A stretch of 64,000 bases of DNA from the NCBI RefSeq assembly GCF_009914755.1, contig NC_060934.1; one strand, given 5' to 3'. The position numbers and the translations under genes are program-made. This document shows, in pieces, positions 13,890 to 25,167 of this stretch. The notes beneath the pieces are model-generated. The model was not told the DNA's origin. It made no database searches and saw nothing but the letters and a program-made list of their open reading frames with translations. Source of the stretch: the human T2T-CHM13v2.0 reference genome, Homo sapiens. The stretch's first letter is position 1; every line of letters starts with the position of its first letter.

Positions 13890-14462
13890 GATCTGGCTTT
13901 AGTGCTTACCACTCTGGATCAGGCCCTGCATGGCTTCCCATAACCTCCATGCCACTAAATCCAGCCACTTTTATCTTTCCCTATTGGAGTGTTTGCTCAC
14001 AGTAGGACCTACCTATGTCTGACTCAAGCCACTTCAATGCTCTTTCTTTGGCTCCCGACACCACAGTCTCCTGGCTGTCTCCACCCGTCTGGCAGCTCCT
14101 GTTCAATCTCCTTGCCAGTGCCTCTCTGCCTCACCCTCTCCTGTGAACTTTCCTGCCTGTTCCTTTTCATTCCATGAACTTTCCCTAGGAGAGCTAATCC
14201 TTGTCTGTGAGTTGTTACCATCTATACAGCAATAATTTCAAACACTGTGTCTCCACCTCCACCCCCTGAGCTCCAGACCAAAGCGACCACCTCCCAACTC
14301 TGCCTCCGCTTGGCTGTCTCATAGGAACTTCACACCCATCCCCAAAGAACTGAAGTCAGGCTCTTCTACTCCACTCAAACTGTTTTTCTCTAGTATTTTC
14401 TCTTTCTATGAAAGTAGCTGTCATCTACACAGGTGATATAAAGCCAGAAACTTGGAAGCATG
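13890..14462 (+). mobile_element. L2 LINE fragment
   Basis: CTTGGCTCCCGACACCACAGTCTCCTGG...CCTGAGCTCCAGACC...AAGCCAGAAACTTGG, L2 ORF2-like. Confidence 0.65.
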
Positions 14463-14525
14463 ATTAAGCAGGAAGTGTGTAAAGAGCAGAAAGTCAGAGA
14501 AGGCCCCGGTGGGCTAACGGCTCAC

Positions 14526-14648
14526 CTGGTTGCAGGTGGGCTTGTACTTGAGCCCTGGCTTGTTGAGGATGAGTTCCAGCAGTTTGTGATTGAAATTGGA
14601 CACCCCGATGGACTTGGTTAAACCTGCTTCTTTGCACTTCTCCAGGGC
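14526..14648 (-). pseudogene. AKR1C7P: Exon 5 (123 nt, [41 protein letters not shown])
   Basis: Acceptor CCCCAG, donor [16 protein letters not shown] signature. Confidence 0.95.
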
Positions 14649-15100
14649 CTGGGGAGGGAGGAAATGGGTGGTAGACCTTTACTGTAGTTTGTCCATTTCG
14701 TTTGTCACTGACTTTTTATAAACCGAAAATCTGATTTATGATATACTACGATTATAATGAATCAAACCGTTTTATCCCTTGAATAAATTAATTTTGAATG
14801 CCCTTTCTTGTTCTGCGTACATATTTGTCTCCTTAATTCTATTACATGCACACTGGGGACACCAAAGAAACATAAAGCTGCTTTTCCATTTCCTCTTACC
14901 TATCCCACTCTCTTCTATGGTACCTATTTTGCTGTTAGGATGCAATAGTTAACAAACTACACCATAGTCAAGGGCAAAAGAAACTCTCAGCTTTTCCTCT
15001 AGTAAAGGGTTTGTTGCTACCTCTTTCTACAACGATAAAAATAAATGAATGGTATAGGTGTTGCAAGGGCGGGTTCACTGTCCTGCACCTTCCATCCTCC

Positions 15101-15110
15101 TGCTGAGTCA
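15101..15110 (-). promoter_or_regulatory. ARE core TGACTCAGCA in intron 4
   Basis: TGCTGAGTCA on the plus strand; motif match only. Confidence 0.35.
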
Positions 15111-15458
15111 GGCCGCAGCTATTCCTCCTCTGTGATGTGTTTCTGTCCCGGGATAAAGCGCTGACTCCTTTTGTGCTTCTCTATGCTGACTCCTCTTTAG
15201 GGCTCATGTCCTCAACCTGATCTCAGGGGTAAAGCTGCTTCCATGTCTATGTAGAGCCATAGAAGTTAAAATTAAAAATGGACCGTAGGGGTTATCTCAT
15301 TCCACTCCCTCACTTCAACGATGAGAACACGGAGGCGCAGAGAAGTTCCACGTCTGAGGTCAAAAACTGCTGGAGCAAAACCCCATCTCTTTTGACCCCT
15401 CCTTCTGTGATTCCAACCTCACCACACAGTGCCACCTGGTGTCTGCAGCAGAACATAC

Positions 15459-15536
15459 CTCCCATGTGTCACGAAGATCCACAGTATCAAAAATAATGTT
15501 TCCACTGGCATCCTTAGGCAGCAATTCCTCCCCAGG
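15459..15536 (-). pseudogene. AKR1C7P: Exon 4 (78 nt, [26 protein letters not shown])
   Basis: Acceptor TTTTCCAG, donor GTATGT, canonical AKR1C exon size. Confidence 0.95.
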
Positions 15537-15641
15537 CTGGAAAACAGAGGATAAAGAAGAAGGTTTTCTATGAGAATTCCCTTTCTGGCGCCTAAGGAGC
15601 TTAGCCACACCACTTTCAGAAGGCTGTGATTATTAATCTGA

Positions 15642-15800
15642 ACATGCATGCGTGCATGTGTGTGGATGTATGTGCTTGTGTGTCTGCATGTGCAGACGTG
15701 TGTATGTGTGTGTGCATGTGTGTGTGCCTGTGTGCATATGTGTGTGTGCATGAGTGTATGTGTGTGGATATGGATATGTGTGGATGTGCATGTGCGTGTT
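15642..15800. repeat. Degenerate (TG/CA)n alternating purine-pyrimidine tract
   Basis: About 160 bp of TGTG/TGCA/TATG units; source of several spurious ORFs. Confidence 0.9.
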
Positions 15801-16565
15801 TGGGGTGAGGGTTGGTAAGAGAAGACATGGGAAAAAAGAAAGATGAGAACAGTCTGAGAGACTGTAGCAAAACACTTTTTCTCCAGTTACCTGCAGGCTC
15901 CTTCCTCCATACACCCCCACACTTCACTAAGAATGCCTTCCCTACAGTTGAAATTTATTTCATTTCTGAAGGACAGGCTGGTGTGGAAGACAGCGCTTAC
16001 CATAACTATTGATCAGTGTGTTTAGCCCCCGTTTATGCTCACCCAACTTGGATAATGAGGACATCAGATGTGCTCAGCCAATGTCCACTGTGATGAGAGG
16101 TTGGATCACTGAAGCCCAAAGGAGTCCAGTTGTGCCACATGTGCCATCCCATGTACCTCTCTCTCCTGTGGGCTGAGGGTACATACGGGAGAGACCCTCA
16201 CCATAAAGAGGTGGAGATTTCACGTTGTATCTCTGTAGTCTGTAGTAACCTAATAGCTCAGAACCTACACTCAGGAACACAAGCACTAAGAAATGCAGGG
16301 CAATGCCCTCATGTTTCTAGCATAGAGGAAGTGAGATCATCGAACCTGCATCTCGCTTAAGGCTGGGGGATGAGCACAGACAGAAAATTGCAATGTCATT
16401 CGGCTGTGAAGGAGACTCGTGAATGATTTAGCAATTCTATGCAATTCACTCAAACCTACCCCTCTCGGAAAGAGCCCAGGAAATCAAGCTGGAATGAGAC
16501 AATGGAGGTGCTAGTAACAGTGATGAAACTGTTTGGGGCATAAGAAGGAAAAAACAAAAGCTGAC

Positions 16566-16682
16566 CTTCATAGCCAATGGATTGTGGATAATGAAGAGAT
16601 CGACATAGTCCAGTTGAAGTTTCTTCAGTGACCCTTCCAGGGCTGGGCGAACTAATTCTGGTCTAAAGAAAGTTGTCCAAAG
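16566..16682 (-). pseudogene. AKR1C7P: Exon 3 (117 nt, [39 protein letters not shown])
   Basis: Acceptor CTGCAG, donor GTCAG. Contains the LDYVDL motif and the catalytic His. Confidence 0.95.
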
Positions 16683-17419
16683 CTGCAGTGAACAAAAGAA
16701 ATAAAAAGTAGCTTATGATTTCACACACTTGGGGACCAAAATTAAACATAACAGAAATTGACACATGAGTAACAAAACACTGTGGTCTCAAACTAGAAGA
16801 ACTGGGGCTACATTTGTATTATTCAGGGTAAATTACATCCTTGATGAGATGCTGAGATTTACTTGAATGACTGCAATGTAAGAAAACTGTGAATAAAACT
16901 TAGATGGAGCAGGAAAATCAACTTTAATGCATCAAGGGTTAATGGCATCGTCCTCTGAGAGCAGTCGAGAAATGTCAGGACACGGGGAATGGAATCTACT
17001 GTCCTGTATAATGAATTCCTCAAAACAATTCTGCTGAGAGATGCATTCTAAAAACAAGTTGTCGTCAGTGTAAACAGGCATAGGCTGTATCGCCAGTAAC
17101 CAAGGCTTTATTTACATTGGAAGAAAGGTTTTCCACCCTAGGAAAATGTTATAACATTCAGGAAACTCAATGCTGAGTTGAAAAATAAAAAAGTATTTCC
17201 CAGTCTGGCTCCCTTTTCTGAATAACATCCCAACCTCACTTGATACGTCCTGAGAACAATTACTGAACAATCAACGGAGTGGCCCCAGAATGCCTTGGGT
17301 AATCGTATAACAGTTACTTAAGTATTATCGATCTCATCTCATATATGAATAATACCTGCCGCTCAGAGACATTGAAGAACAGTGTCCCACCTTTCACACA
17401 TCTCAGAGAAAAGCCTTTT

Positions 17420-17518
17420 CTATGTTTTCATAACGTGCCTTCACAATATTAGGTAAGAAATACGTTGTTCCTATGTTTTGATAATGTGCCTTCACAATAT
17501 TAGGTAAATACATTGTTC
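17420..17518. repeat. ~51-bp tandem duplication in intron 2
   Basis: CTATGTTTT(C/G)ATAA(C/T)GTGCCTTCACAATATTAGGTAA...TTGTTC twice (17420-17470, 17471-17518). Confidence 0.9.
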
Positions 17519-17595
17519 TGAGACCACATTGTTTTTCTAAATAATACATCTGAACTGACGGTGGCCTCTGGCCACTGCACACACAGAAATTTCAC

Positions 17596-17763
17596 CTCAG
17601 TGGTGTAGAAAATGTCCTCTCTCTTCACAGGGCCATCAGCAATCTTCTCTCGAATGGCCTTTCCGACCTCCTCCTCGTTTTGGTAGAAGAACGCCGCATC
17701 AATGTGACGGAAGCCTGCATCAATAGCCACTTCGGTGGCTTCACCAGCCTTGCTCTTGGGGGT
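17596..17763 (-). pseudogene. AKR1C7P: Exon 2 (168 nt, [56 protein letters not shown])
   Basis: Acceptor TATAG, donor GTGAAA. Catalytic Asp and Tyr are present. The last codon is GAG (Glu) where AKR1C has the catalytic Lys. Confidence 0.95.
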
Positions 17764-17841
17764 CTATAAAACAGGAGTAAGAGGAGTCAACGATCTGCCT
17801 GACTCAGAGAAAATCCATGTATTTCCACAATGGCATTTTCC

Positions 17842-18283
17842 TTTTTTTTTTTAATCTTTTACTTTGGGTTCAGGGACACATGTGCAGGTTTGTTATATGT
17901 GTAAACTGTGTCACAGGGGTTTGGTGTACAGATTGTCACCTGGGTAATAAGCATAGTACCCAATAAATATTTTTTCTGATCCCCTCCCTCCACCATCCTC
18001 CAACCTCAAAAGGTCCCGATGTCTGTCGTTCCCCTCCCAGTATCCCTGTGTGTTGTTCAGCTCCCACATGTAAGTGAGAACGTGCAGTATTTGGTTTTCT
18101 GTTTCTGTGTTAGTTTGATTAGGATAATGGCCTCAAATTTCATCCATGTTGCTGCAAAGGACGTGATCTAGTTCTTTTTTGTGGCTTCACAGTATTCCAC
18201 GGTGTTTATGTACCACATTTTCTTTATCTGGTCTACCACGGACGGGCATTTAGGTTGAGCCCATGTCTCTGCTATCCAATAGC
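17842..18283 (-). mobile_element. L1PA (PA13-16-like) 3' end in intron 1
   Basis: Poly-T, then CACATGTGCAGGTTTGTTA...AGTGAGAACGTGCAGTATTTGGTTTTCTG. Confidence 0.85.
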
Positions 18284-18540
18284 ATCTTCATAGTCTGCTG
18301 GCCTCCTGCTCCCCTTTTGATCATTTGGGTTTCCATGATAGACTTGCACACTCCGAGGACAGCAACTAACCTCCTGTAAGCTTCTACTCCCAAATAAATT
18401 AGTGGAATTGGCTTCACCCTGGAGCATGGAAAAATCACATCTCATTCCATATGAATCAATTGTACAAGAATAACCAACGGGAAAACTTCTGATACTGGGA
18501 GAATTTTTCTAAGGCACTCAATAGGAAGGACAGGTCAATC

Positions 18541-18541
<1 letters not shown>

Positions 18542-18571
<30 letters not shown>
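18542..18571. repeat. (CA)n microsatellite
   Basis: About 15 CA units. Confidence 0.95.
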
Positions 18572-18573
<2 letters not shown>

Positions 18574-18584
18574 CATACATATTA

Positions 18585-18998
18585 CAGCTGACCCTTGAAT
18601 AACACAGGTTTAAACTGCACAGTCCCACTTATACATGAATTTTTTTCAATCAAAATTACAAAGTGTGCCTACTTCTCCTGCCTCCCTTCCCCCTCCTTCA
18701 CCTCTTCTGCCTCTGCCACCCCAGAGACAGCAACCCCAACCCTTCATCTTCCTCCTTCTCCTCAGCCTACACAGTGTGAAGAAGACAAGGATGAAGACCT
18801 TTGTAATGATCTACTTCCACTTAATGAGTAGCAAATATATTGTCTCTTCCTTATGATTTTCTTGAGTTTCTTTTCTCTAGCTTACTTTTCTCTAGCTTGC
18901 TGTATTATAAGAATACAGTATACCATACATATAACATGCAAAATAGGTGTTAATCAACTGTTTATGTTATTAGTAAGGGTTGCAGTCAATAGTTGGCC
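18585..18998 (+). mobile_element. Tigger2a/2b-like DNA transposon
   Basis: TA-CAGCTGACCCTTGAATAACACAGGTTTAAACTGCA TIR; GAAGACAAGGATGAAGACCTTT. Confidence 0.75.
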
Positions 18999-20154
18999 TG
19001 GTTTTACCCAGGACACAGACGTCACCTCACCAAGCTGGCGTTGCAACGTTAGGATGATAATATGTACACGCTCTGCCTCAAATTTCAAACAGTGGATAGT
19101 CTAATGACTACATCTGAGATTCTGCCCTAGCAAGCTTCCTAGAACAGCAGGACAAAAGACAGCACAACACACACGCAGGAAAAAAGCTTCTCGTTCCTGC
19201 AGTGACTTAAGGTAAAAACACCAATTAGAGTATTAAGGAAGCTTCTTTTTCACTTAGTGCATTTGAAATGTCTGAATATTAAGCACGTGCACGTATTACA
19301 ATTTATTATGGTAAATGAGGGGGTTATGGGGAATTTTGTTCTATTCTCTATGGCACTTTTTTCTGTCTTTTCTAAGAGTAATAAACATTACATATAACAT
19401 ATGTAAGACACACATTATGCCTAATGGATGAAATGGATAATTATGTCATTGAAAACCTACTGACCCTTTCTGGCAGCTGTTATCTCGTGATATCTCATGA
19501 CAGAGTTCTACCAAGATTGAGCCCATCCATTGGTCTCTCATTTTGGGGGCAATCCCTCCAAAGCAACCCCAAAGCTGCCCTTACGTTACCGTGACCAGAG
19601 TGTGACACTTCAAGTTCTCTGCCATGAACTGAGTGGATGGCTGTATTTCAGTCCTTACTGTGATGTTGTGCCCCCTAAGTCTTCCCATCGAATTACCTAA
19701 TGTTCTGAATCACAGTGGCTTCTTACGTGACAAAAGGTTTGGATGGTCGAAACTCCCTGGCAAATACTTCCAGCCCCAACAACCTCACAGCAAAGCTGCC
19801 AGCAAGTATTCATGTTGGTTTCCACTTCCCCCTAGGCCCTTGGCCCTTCACATTTCTAACCAGGAGTGGAGCGGCTCTGAGCAGGTGGAAGATGAGAGCA
19901 GCCTGAGCATGGGTTTTTTTTTTTTTTTAATGTAAGAAGTAGTGAGTACTTACCAAGGACGGTTGTTGAAGAATTAAATAAGATAATGCATGGAAAATAC
20001 AATACATGAAACCATTTGATATATGTTAGGTCACAATAATAATAATAAAAAGAATTATCCAAAAAATTAACCTCCAAACTCTCAGAGTCAACAGCTTATC
20101 ATCCTCTTAGTGCAAAAAAATATAAGACCCTTCAGCCTCCTGGGGTCCACTTAC

Positions 20155-20241
20155 ATGATCAGGAGCATAAGTGCCAAATCCCAGCATCGGCATGACATGT
20201 CCATCATTCAGCCTCACGGAATGGCTTTGCTTCAGATCCAT
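20155..20241 (-). pseudogene. AKR1C7P: AKR1C pseudogene coding exon 1 (87 nt, [29 protein letters not shown])
   Basis: ATG at 20241-20239, LNDG..MP.LGFGT AKR N-terminal motif, donor GTAAGT at 20154-20149. Confidence 0.95.
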
Positions 20242-20480
20242 CACCACCCACAGCTCAGCTAATCTGACTCTGCCTTTCCTTCCATTTCCTGACTGAGAGC
20301 CCAGTAGGAGACAAGGCTGCCACGTTCTTTATTTCCATCAATACAAGATGGGCAGGGCAGAGATTACAGCTGCCTATAATTTCAACATGAAGTTGAAATC
20401 AATCCATTGACTTTGTTCTGATTCTTCCATGTCTCTGCAGGCCTGTCTTACAGGAAAATCGTACAGAAAGATTTGCATGC
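20242..20480 (-). promoter_or_regulatory. Putative 5'UTR/proximal promoter of the AKR1C pseudogene
   Basis: Lies immediately upstream of the ATG. Contains ARE-like TGACTCTGC (20265-20273), ONECUT-like AAATCAAT (20396-20403), HNF4-like CAAAGTCA (minus strand, 20408-20415) and octamer ATTTGCAT (20471-20478). These are motif matches only. Confidence 0.4.
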
Positions 20481-20546
20481 TAGAGGAGTTTGAATTTTCT
20501 CTTCAGTGTTGTACACACTTGATTTCTAAGTTAAAAAATTTAAAAT

Positions 20547-21532
20547 GCCAAAAGAAACTATCAACAGAGTAAACAGACAACCTACAAAATGAGAGATTTT
20601 TGCAAACCATGCATCTGACAAAGGTCTAATATCCAGCATCTATAAGGAACTTAAACAAATTTACACGAATGAAACAAACAACCCCAATAAAAAGTGGGCA
20701 AAGGACATGAACAGACACTTCTCAAGAGGAGGCAAACATGCAGCCAACAAATATGAAAAATGCTCAACATCACAGATCATTAGAGAAATGCAAATCAAAA
20801 CCACAAGGAGACACCATCTCACACCAGTTAGAATGGCTATTATTAAAAAGTCAAAAAAATGACAGATGCTGGCAAGGTTGTGGAGAGGAATGAACGCTTA
20901 TACACGGTTGGTGGGAGTATAGATTAGATCAGCCATTGTGAAGGACAGTCTGGTGATTCCCCAAAAGACCTAAAGTCAGAAGTGCCATTCAACCTAGCAA
21001 TCCCATTAGTGGGCATATACCCAAAGGAATATAAATTCTTATATTATAAAGATGCATGCTTGTGTATGTTCATTGCAGCACTATTCACAATAGCAAGGAC
21101 ATGAAATCAACCCAAATGCCCATCAGTGATGGACTGGATAAAGAGGATGTGGTGCATGTACACCATGGAATACTATGCAGCCATAAAAAAGAATTAGATC
21201 ACATGCTTTGCAGGAATATGGATGGAGATAGTGGCTGTTATCCTTAGCAAACTAACACAGGAACAGAAAACCAAATACTGTATGTTCTCACTTATAAGTG
21301 GGAGCTAAATGATGAGAACACATACGGGGCAACAACACACACCTGGGCCTATCAGAGGGTGGAGGGTGGGAGGAGGGAGAGGATCAAGAAAAATAACTAA
21401 TGGGTACTGGGCTTAATACCTGGGTGATGAAACAATCAGTACAACAAACCCGCATGACACAGGTTTACCTGTGTAACAAACCTGGACATCCTGAACACGT
21501 ACCCCTGAACTTAAAATAAAAGTTCAAAAAAA
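20547..21532 (+). mobile_element. L1PA (PA13-15-like) 3' ~1 kb, just upstream of the AKR1C promoter
   Basis: ORF2 C-terminus and 3'UTR GGGAGGAGGGAGAGGATCAAGAAAAATAACTAATGGGTACT...AATAAAAGTT, followed by an A-tail. Confidence 0.9.
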
Positions 21533-21749
21533 GCATGCAAATATGTCTTTGATAATGGCACCAGACTTATTTTACAAGGTATAAAACTATCATTAGGCTA
21601 GTGAATCTAAACACTAATTTTCCCAGAGTACCTAAGTTAGCTTCCTCACCATTCCTTTCATCATAAATCCCATAACAATACCTCACTGAAAATTTATTGA
21701 ACAAAGCCTGACACCTGGTCCCGAGCACACACGTAACAACATTTCTTAG

Positions 21750-22067
<318 letters not shown>

Positions 22068-22918
22068 TGTTTTCTTGAATCCGTTTGGTGAGAAAAAATT
22101 GTCTGAAATCATGGATAAATGTCTGTATTCTTGCCTTTCTTTCAGCCATTGCCTCTTTCTGGAACAGCTTTCTCTATCCCACCTAGTTTTCAGCAGTTTA
22201 ATGACTTCTTACTTATCTAAAATGCACCTCCTCCAGTCACACATCCTTTATGACTCCTTCTATGATCTCCCTAGATGAAGCTGATGCCCTTCCCTGCATA
22301 CTCTTTAGCTTCTACCGTCCAGGCCAAAAAACCACATCATTCAAATTACATTCTCAACTAATAAGGAACTTCTGCTACATAAAACACCTAACTCATGTTT
22401 TCTTTAATGTTTCTATTATACTGTGCTTCTTGCAACCTGTATTTGTGCCATCCGTATTTTACAGCCAATTATGAAACATACAATTATAATTTATCTTACT
22501 TTCAACTCATCCCTCTGGCTGGTCAAGGTCAGAACTCTGTCTGATTCTATGAGTCCATGTGGTTACATTTATCTCAACATTGTGTTTGCTATAAATTTGA
22601 TGAGAATATCCTTTATATTCCATTGCTAAAGCTTTTGCACTAAATAGAGATGTTCCGTATCAAGTCACAAGAAAATTCTGTCTTCGTTGATGTGAACTGC
22701 CTGGAGTCCACAATTCAACAGGTTAAAAATTTGTCTAACGTTCAGTCCACCCGCCAGCTAAAAACTGAGGCCTTAAAGAACTGAGCAAGCTTATTCTCCT
22801 CTCAGAGCTAGTCTCAGCCACCAGCATCACCTTTTTAGCTGCACTGAAAGAAATCCTGGCGGGTTTTCTCTAGTGGGGACCACCAGATAGGATGATGAGG
22901 GGATAAAGAATTTCTTCC

Positions 22919-23058
22919 CACCTTCTTGGTGATGTCTTTGTCCCTGTGTCACTCTCATTGAAGTAGCTCCCCAGTCCCTACTGTGTCTCTCCATCTCACT
23001 CCTCAGTTTTAGTTTCTTCAGAACAATTGTGATCAGAGCAATTGCCTGAATTATTCAC
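22919..23058 (+). repeat. 140-bp dispersed direct duplicate, copy A
   Basis: 133/140 identical to 25028-25167 with no indels. Confidence 0.95.
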
Positions 23059-23328
23059 ACCAAGTGAGTTATTTATCAGAGGAATAAAGGATGTTTGAGC
23101 CATTCCATATCAAGTATCATCTTGTTTTAAAACATTTTGCTGGACAGAAAGAAAAGTCATTATTTACAGCAAAACTACAAAGAGTTGGATACAGCCCCAA
23201 AACTCTGATAGGAGATTTAACCATACAGAACAAGAGTTCAGCAAGGATGCTGCAATTCACGAGGAAAGGCTAACCCAGGGTTATGAGAGAAATGTTAACA
23301 TTGCATGGCGATAAAATGCCAAATACCT

Positions 23329-23723
23329 TGCTGTGGTTTGAATGTGTCCCCCAAAGTCCATGTGTTGAAAGTATAATCCCCAGTGCAACAGTGTAAAGAC
23401 GTGCCCTCTAAGAGGTCACTAGGTCATAACGGCCCTGCTGTCATGAAGCACTGACCTTATTATTGCGAAAACGGGTCCATTATCGTGAGAGTGGGTTTAT
23501 TGCAAAAGTCATTTCAGCCCTCTCTTGTCTCTCATCCTCTTACCCCTGCGCTCGTGCCCCCTGCCTTCTGCCATGGGATGACACAGCACAAATGTCCTCA
23601 CCAGATGTGGGGCCTGTGATCTGGGACTTTCAAGACTCCAAGACTGAGCCAAACAACTTTCTGTTTTTTATGAGTCACTCAGTCTCGGCTATTCTGTTAC
23701 ACAACAGGAAACAGACTAAGACA
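23329..23723 (+). mobile_element. MST (MSTC/D-like) MaLR solo LTR
   Basis: TGCTGTGGTTTGAATGTGTCCCCCAAAG...AACAGACTAAGACA. Confidence 0.85.
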
Positions 23724-23919
23724 CACCCATATAATCCTCTCTGAATAAATGGGAATCCATTGTCAAGCAACAAAGAGAAATGCTGCCCGACTCTCTGGGG
23801 AAACACACCTTACCCCTCTTTTACCACCCCCACATAAGTAGGGAGCCAAAAAGATCAGCTTTCAGAGTTCTCAAAATGCCTTCTGAAAAGTCTGGTTAAG
23901 ACCACACCTTCTGACCGGG

Positions 23920-24702
23920 AGTCTGGTTCGTTAAGACTGCTGTGACAAAGTACTGTACACTGGGAGGGTTATAAACAAAAGACATAGATAGCTCACAGAT
24001 CTGAAAGCTAAAAGTCCAAGATCAAGGTGCTGGCAGATTCAGGGTCTGGCGGGGGCCTGCATCCCGTGTCACAGACAGCTGTCCTCTCACTGTCCTCATG
24101 TGGCGAAACAGGCACGCAATCTCTCTGGGGGCTATTTTATCAGAAGCACTGGTATAGTTTGGACATTTGTCCCTTCCAAATCCCATGTTCAAGTTTGATC
24201 CCCATTGTTGGAGATGGAGTCTAATGGGAGGCTTGGGGGCCATGGGGTAGACGCCTCATGAAGAGATGAATGCCCTCCCAGGGGAGGGGGGTAAGGTCTT
24301 ACTCTATTAGTTCCCATGAGAGCTAGTTGTTAAAAAGAACCTGGCCCCTCCCCTCCTTCCTGCTTCCTGTCTCACCACACGATCTCCGCACACACCAGCT
24401 CCCCTTCACCTTCTTCCACACTTGGAAGCAGCCTGAGGCCCTCACCAGAAGCCCAGTCCTGAAACTTCCAGCCAGCAGAACTGTGAGCTGAATAAACTTC
24501 TTTTCTCTATAAATTACCCAGCTTCAAGTCCTCCTTTATAGCAACAATAAATGGACTAAGAGGGGCTCTAATCCCATTCATGAGGGTTCCACCCTCACGA
24601 CCTAATCACCTCCACAGGACCCACCACCAAATAGCATCACCTTGGGGGTTAAGGCTTCATATACGACTTTGGTGGGGATGTAAAGATTCCATTCATTGCA
24701 CA
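23920..24702 (-). mobile_element. MLT1A-type LTR interrupted by a plus-strand MSTB LTR (24150-24561)
   Basis: The MLT1A sequence stops at ~24149 and resumes at CTAATCCCATTCATGAGGG. The insert runs TGGTATAGTTTGGACATTTGTCCC...AATGGACTAAGA. Confidence 0.8.
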
Positions 24703-25027
24703 GGGCAAAGGGAGGCCATAGCAGCAGGGTCATAGTGTTCTGGGGCTGCTCACTGCCCCTCACTCCCAGGCCTGCCCCACCCCAGCCAAGGCCTTCATGC
24801 TGCTCTGGGCTACCTCTCCCAGGTCCTGCATCCCAAGCAAAGGTACAGACTCAATTGAGATCTCCTGAGACTCACTCCCTGCCCCTGCAACAAGATGGAC
24901 ATGTCCTTGTCAAGTTCTTCTCTAGGAAAATGTGGGCATCACATAGAGACTCGTACCTACCTGTGCAGAGGTTTTCCAGAGCCTCGATCACCCCCTCTGT
25001 CTCATCATTGGTTTCTGGCTTCAGTCT

Positions 25028-25167
25028 CACCTTCTTGGTGATGTCTTTGTCCCTGTGTCATTCTAATCAAAGTAGCTCCCCAGTCCCCACTGTGTCTCTC
25101 CATCTTACTCCTCAGTTTTAGTTTCTTCAGAACAATTGTGACCAGAGCAATTGCCTGAATTATTCAC
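25028..25167 (+). repeat. 140-bp dispersed direct duplicate, copy B (inside an L2 3' region ending ~25285)
   Basis: See copy A; continues into an L2-type tail, CTCAATAAATATTTGCGGAATGAATGAA. Confidence 0.92.

Noticed and set aside
15419-15927. His/Thr- and Cys/Val-rich ORFs (also 30101-30450 and 983-1327)
   Set aside because: Artefacts of (CA/TG)n tracts.
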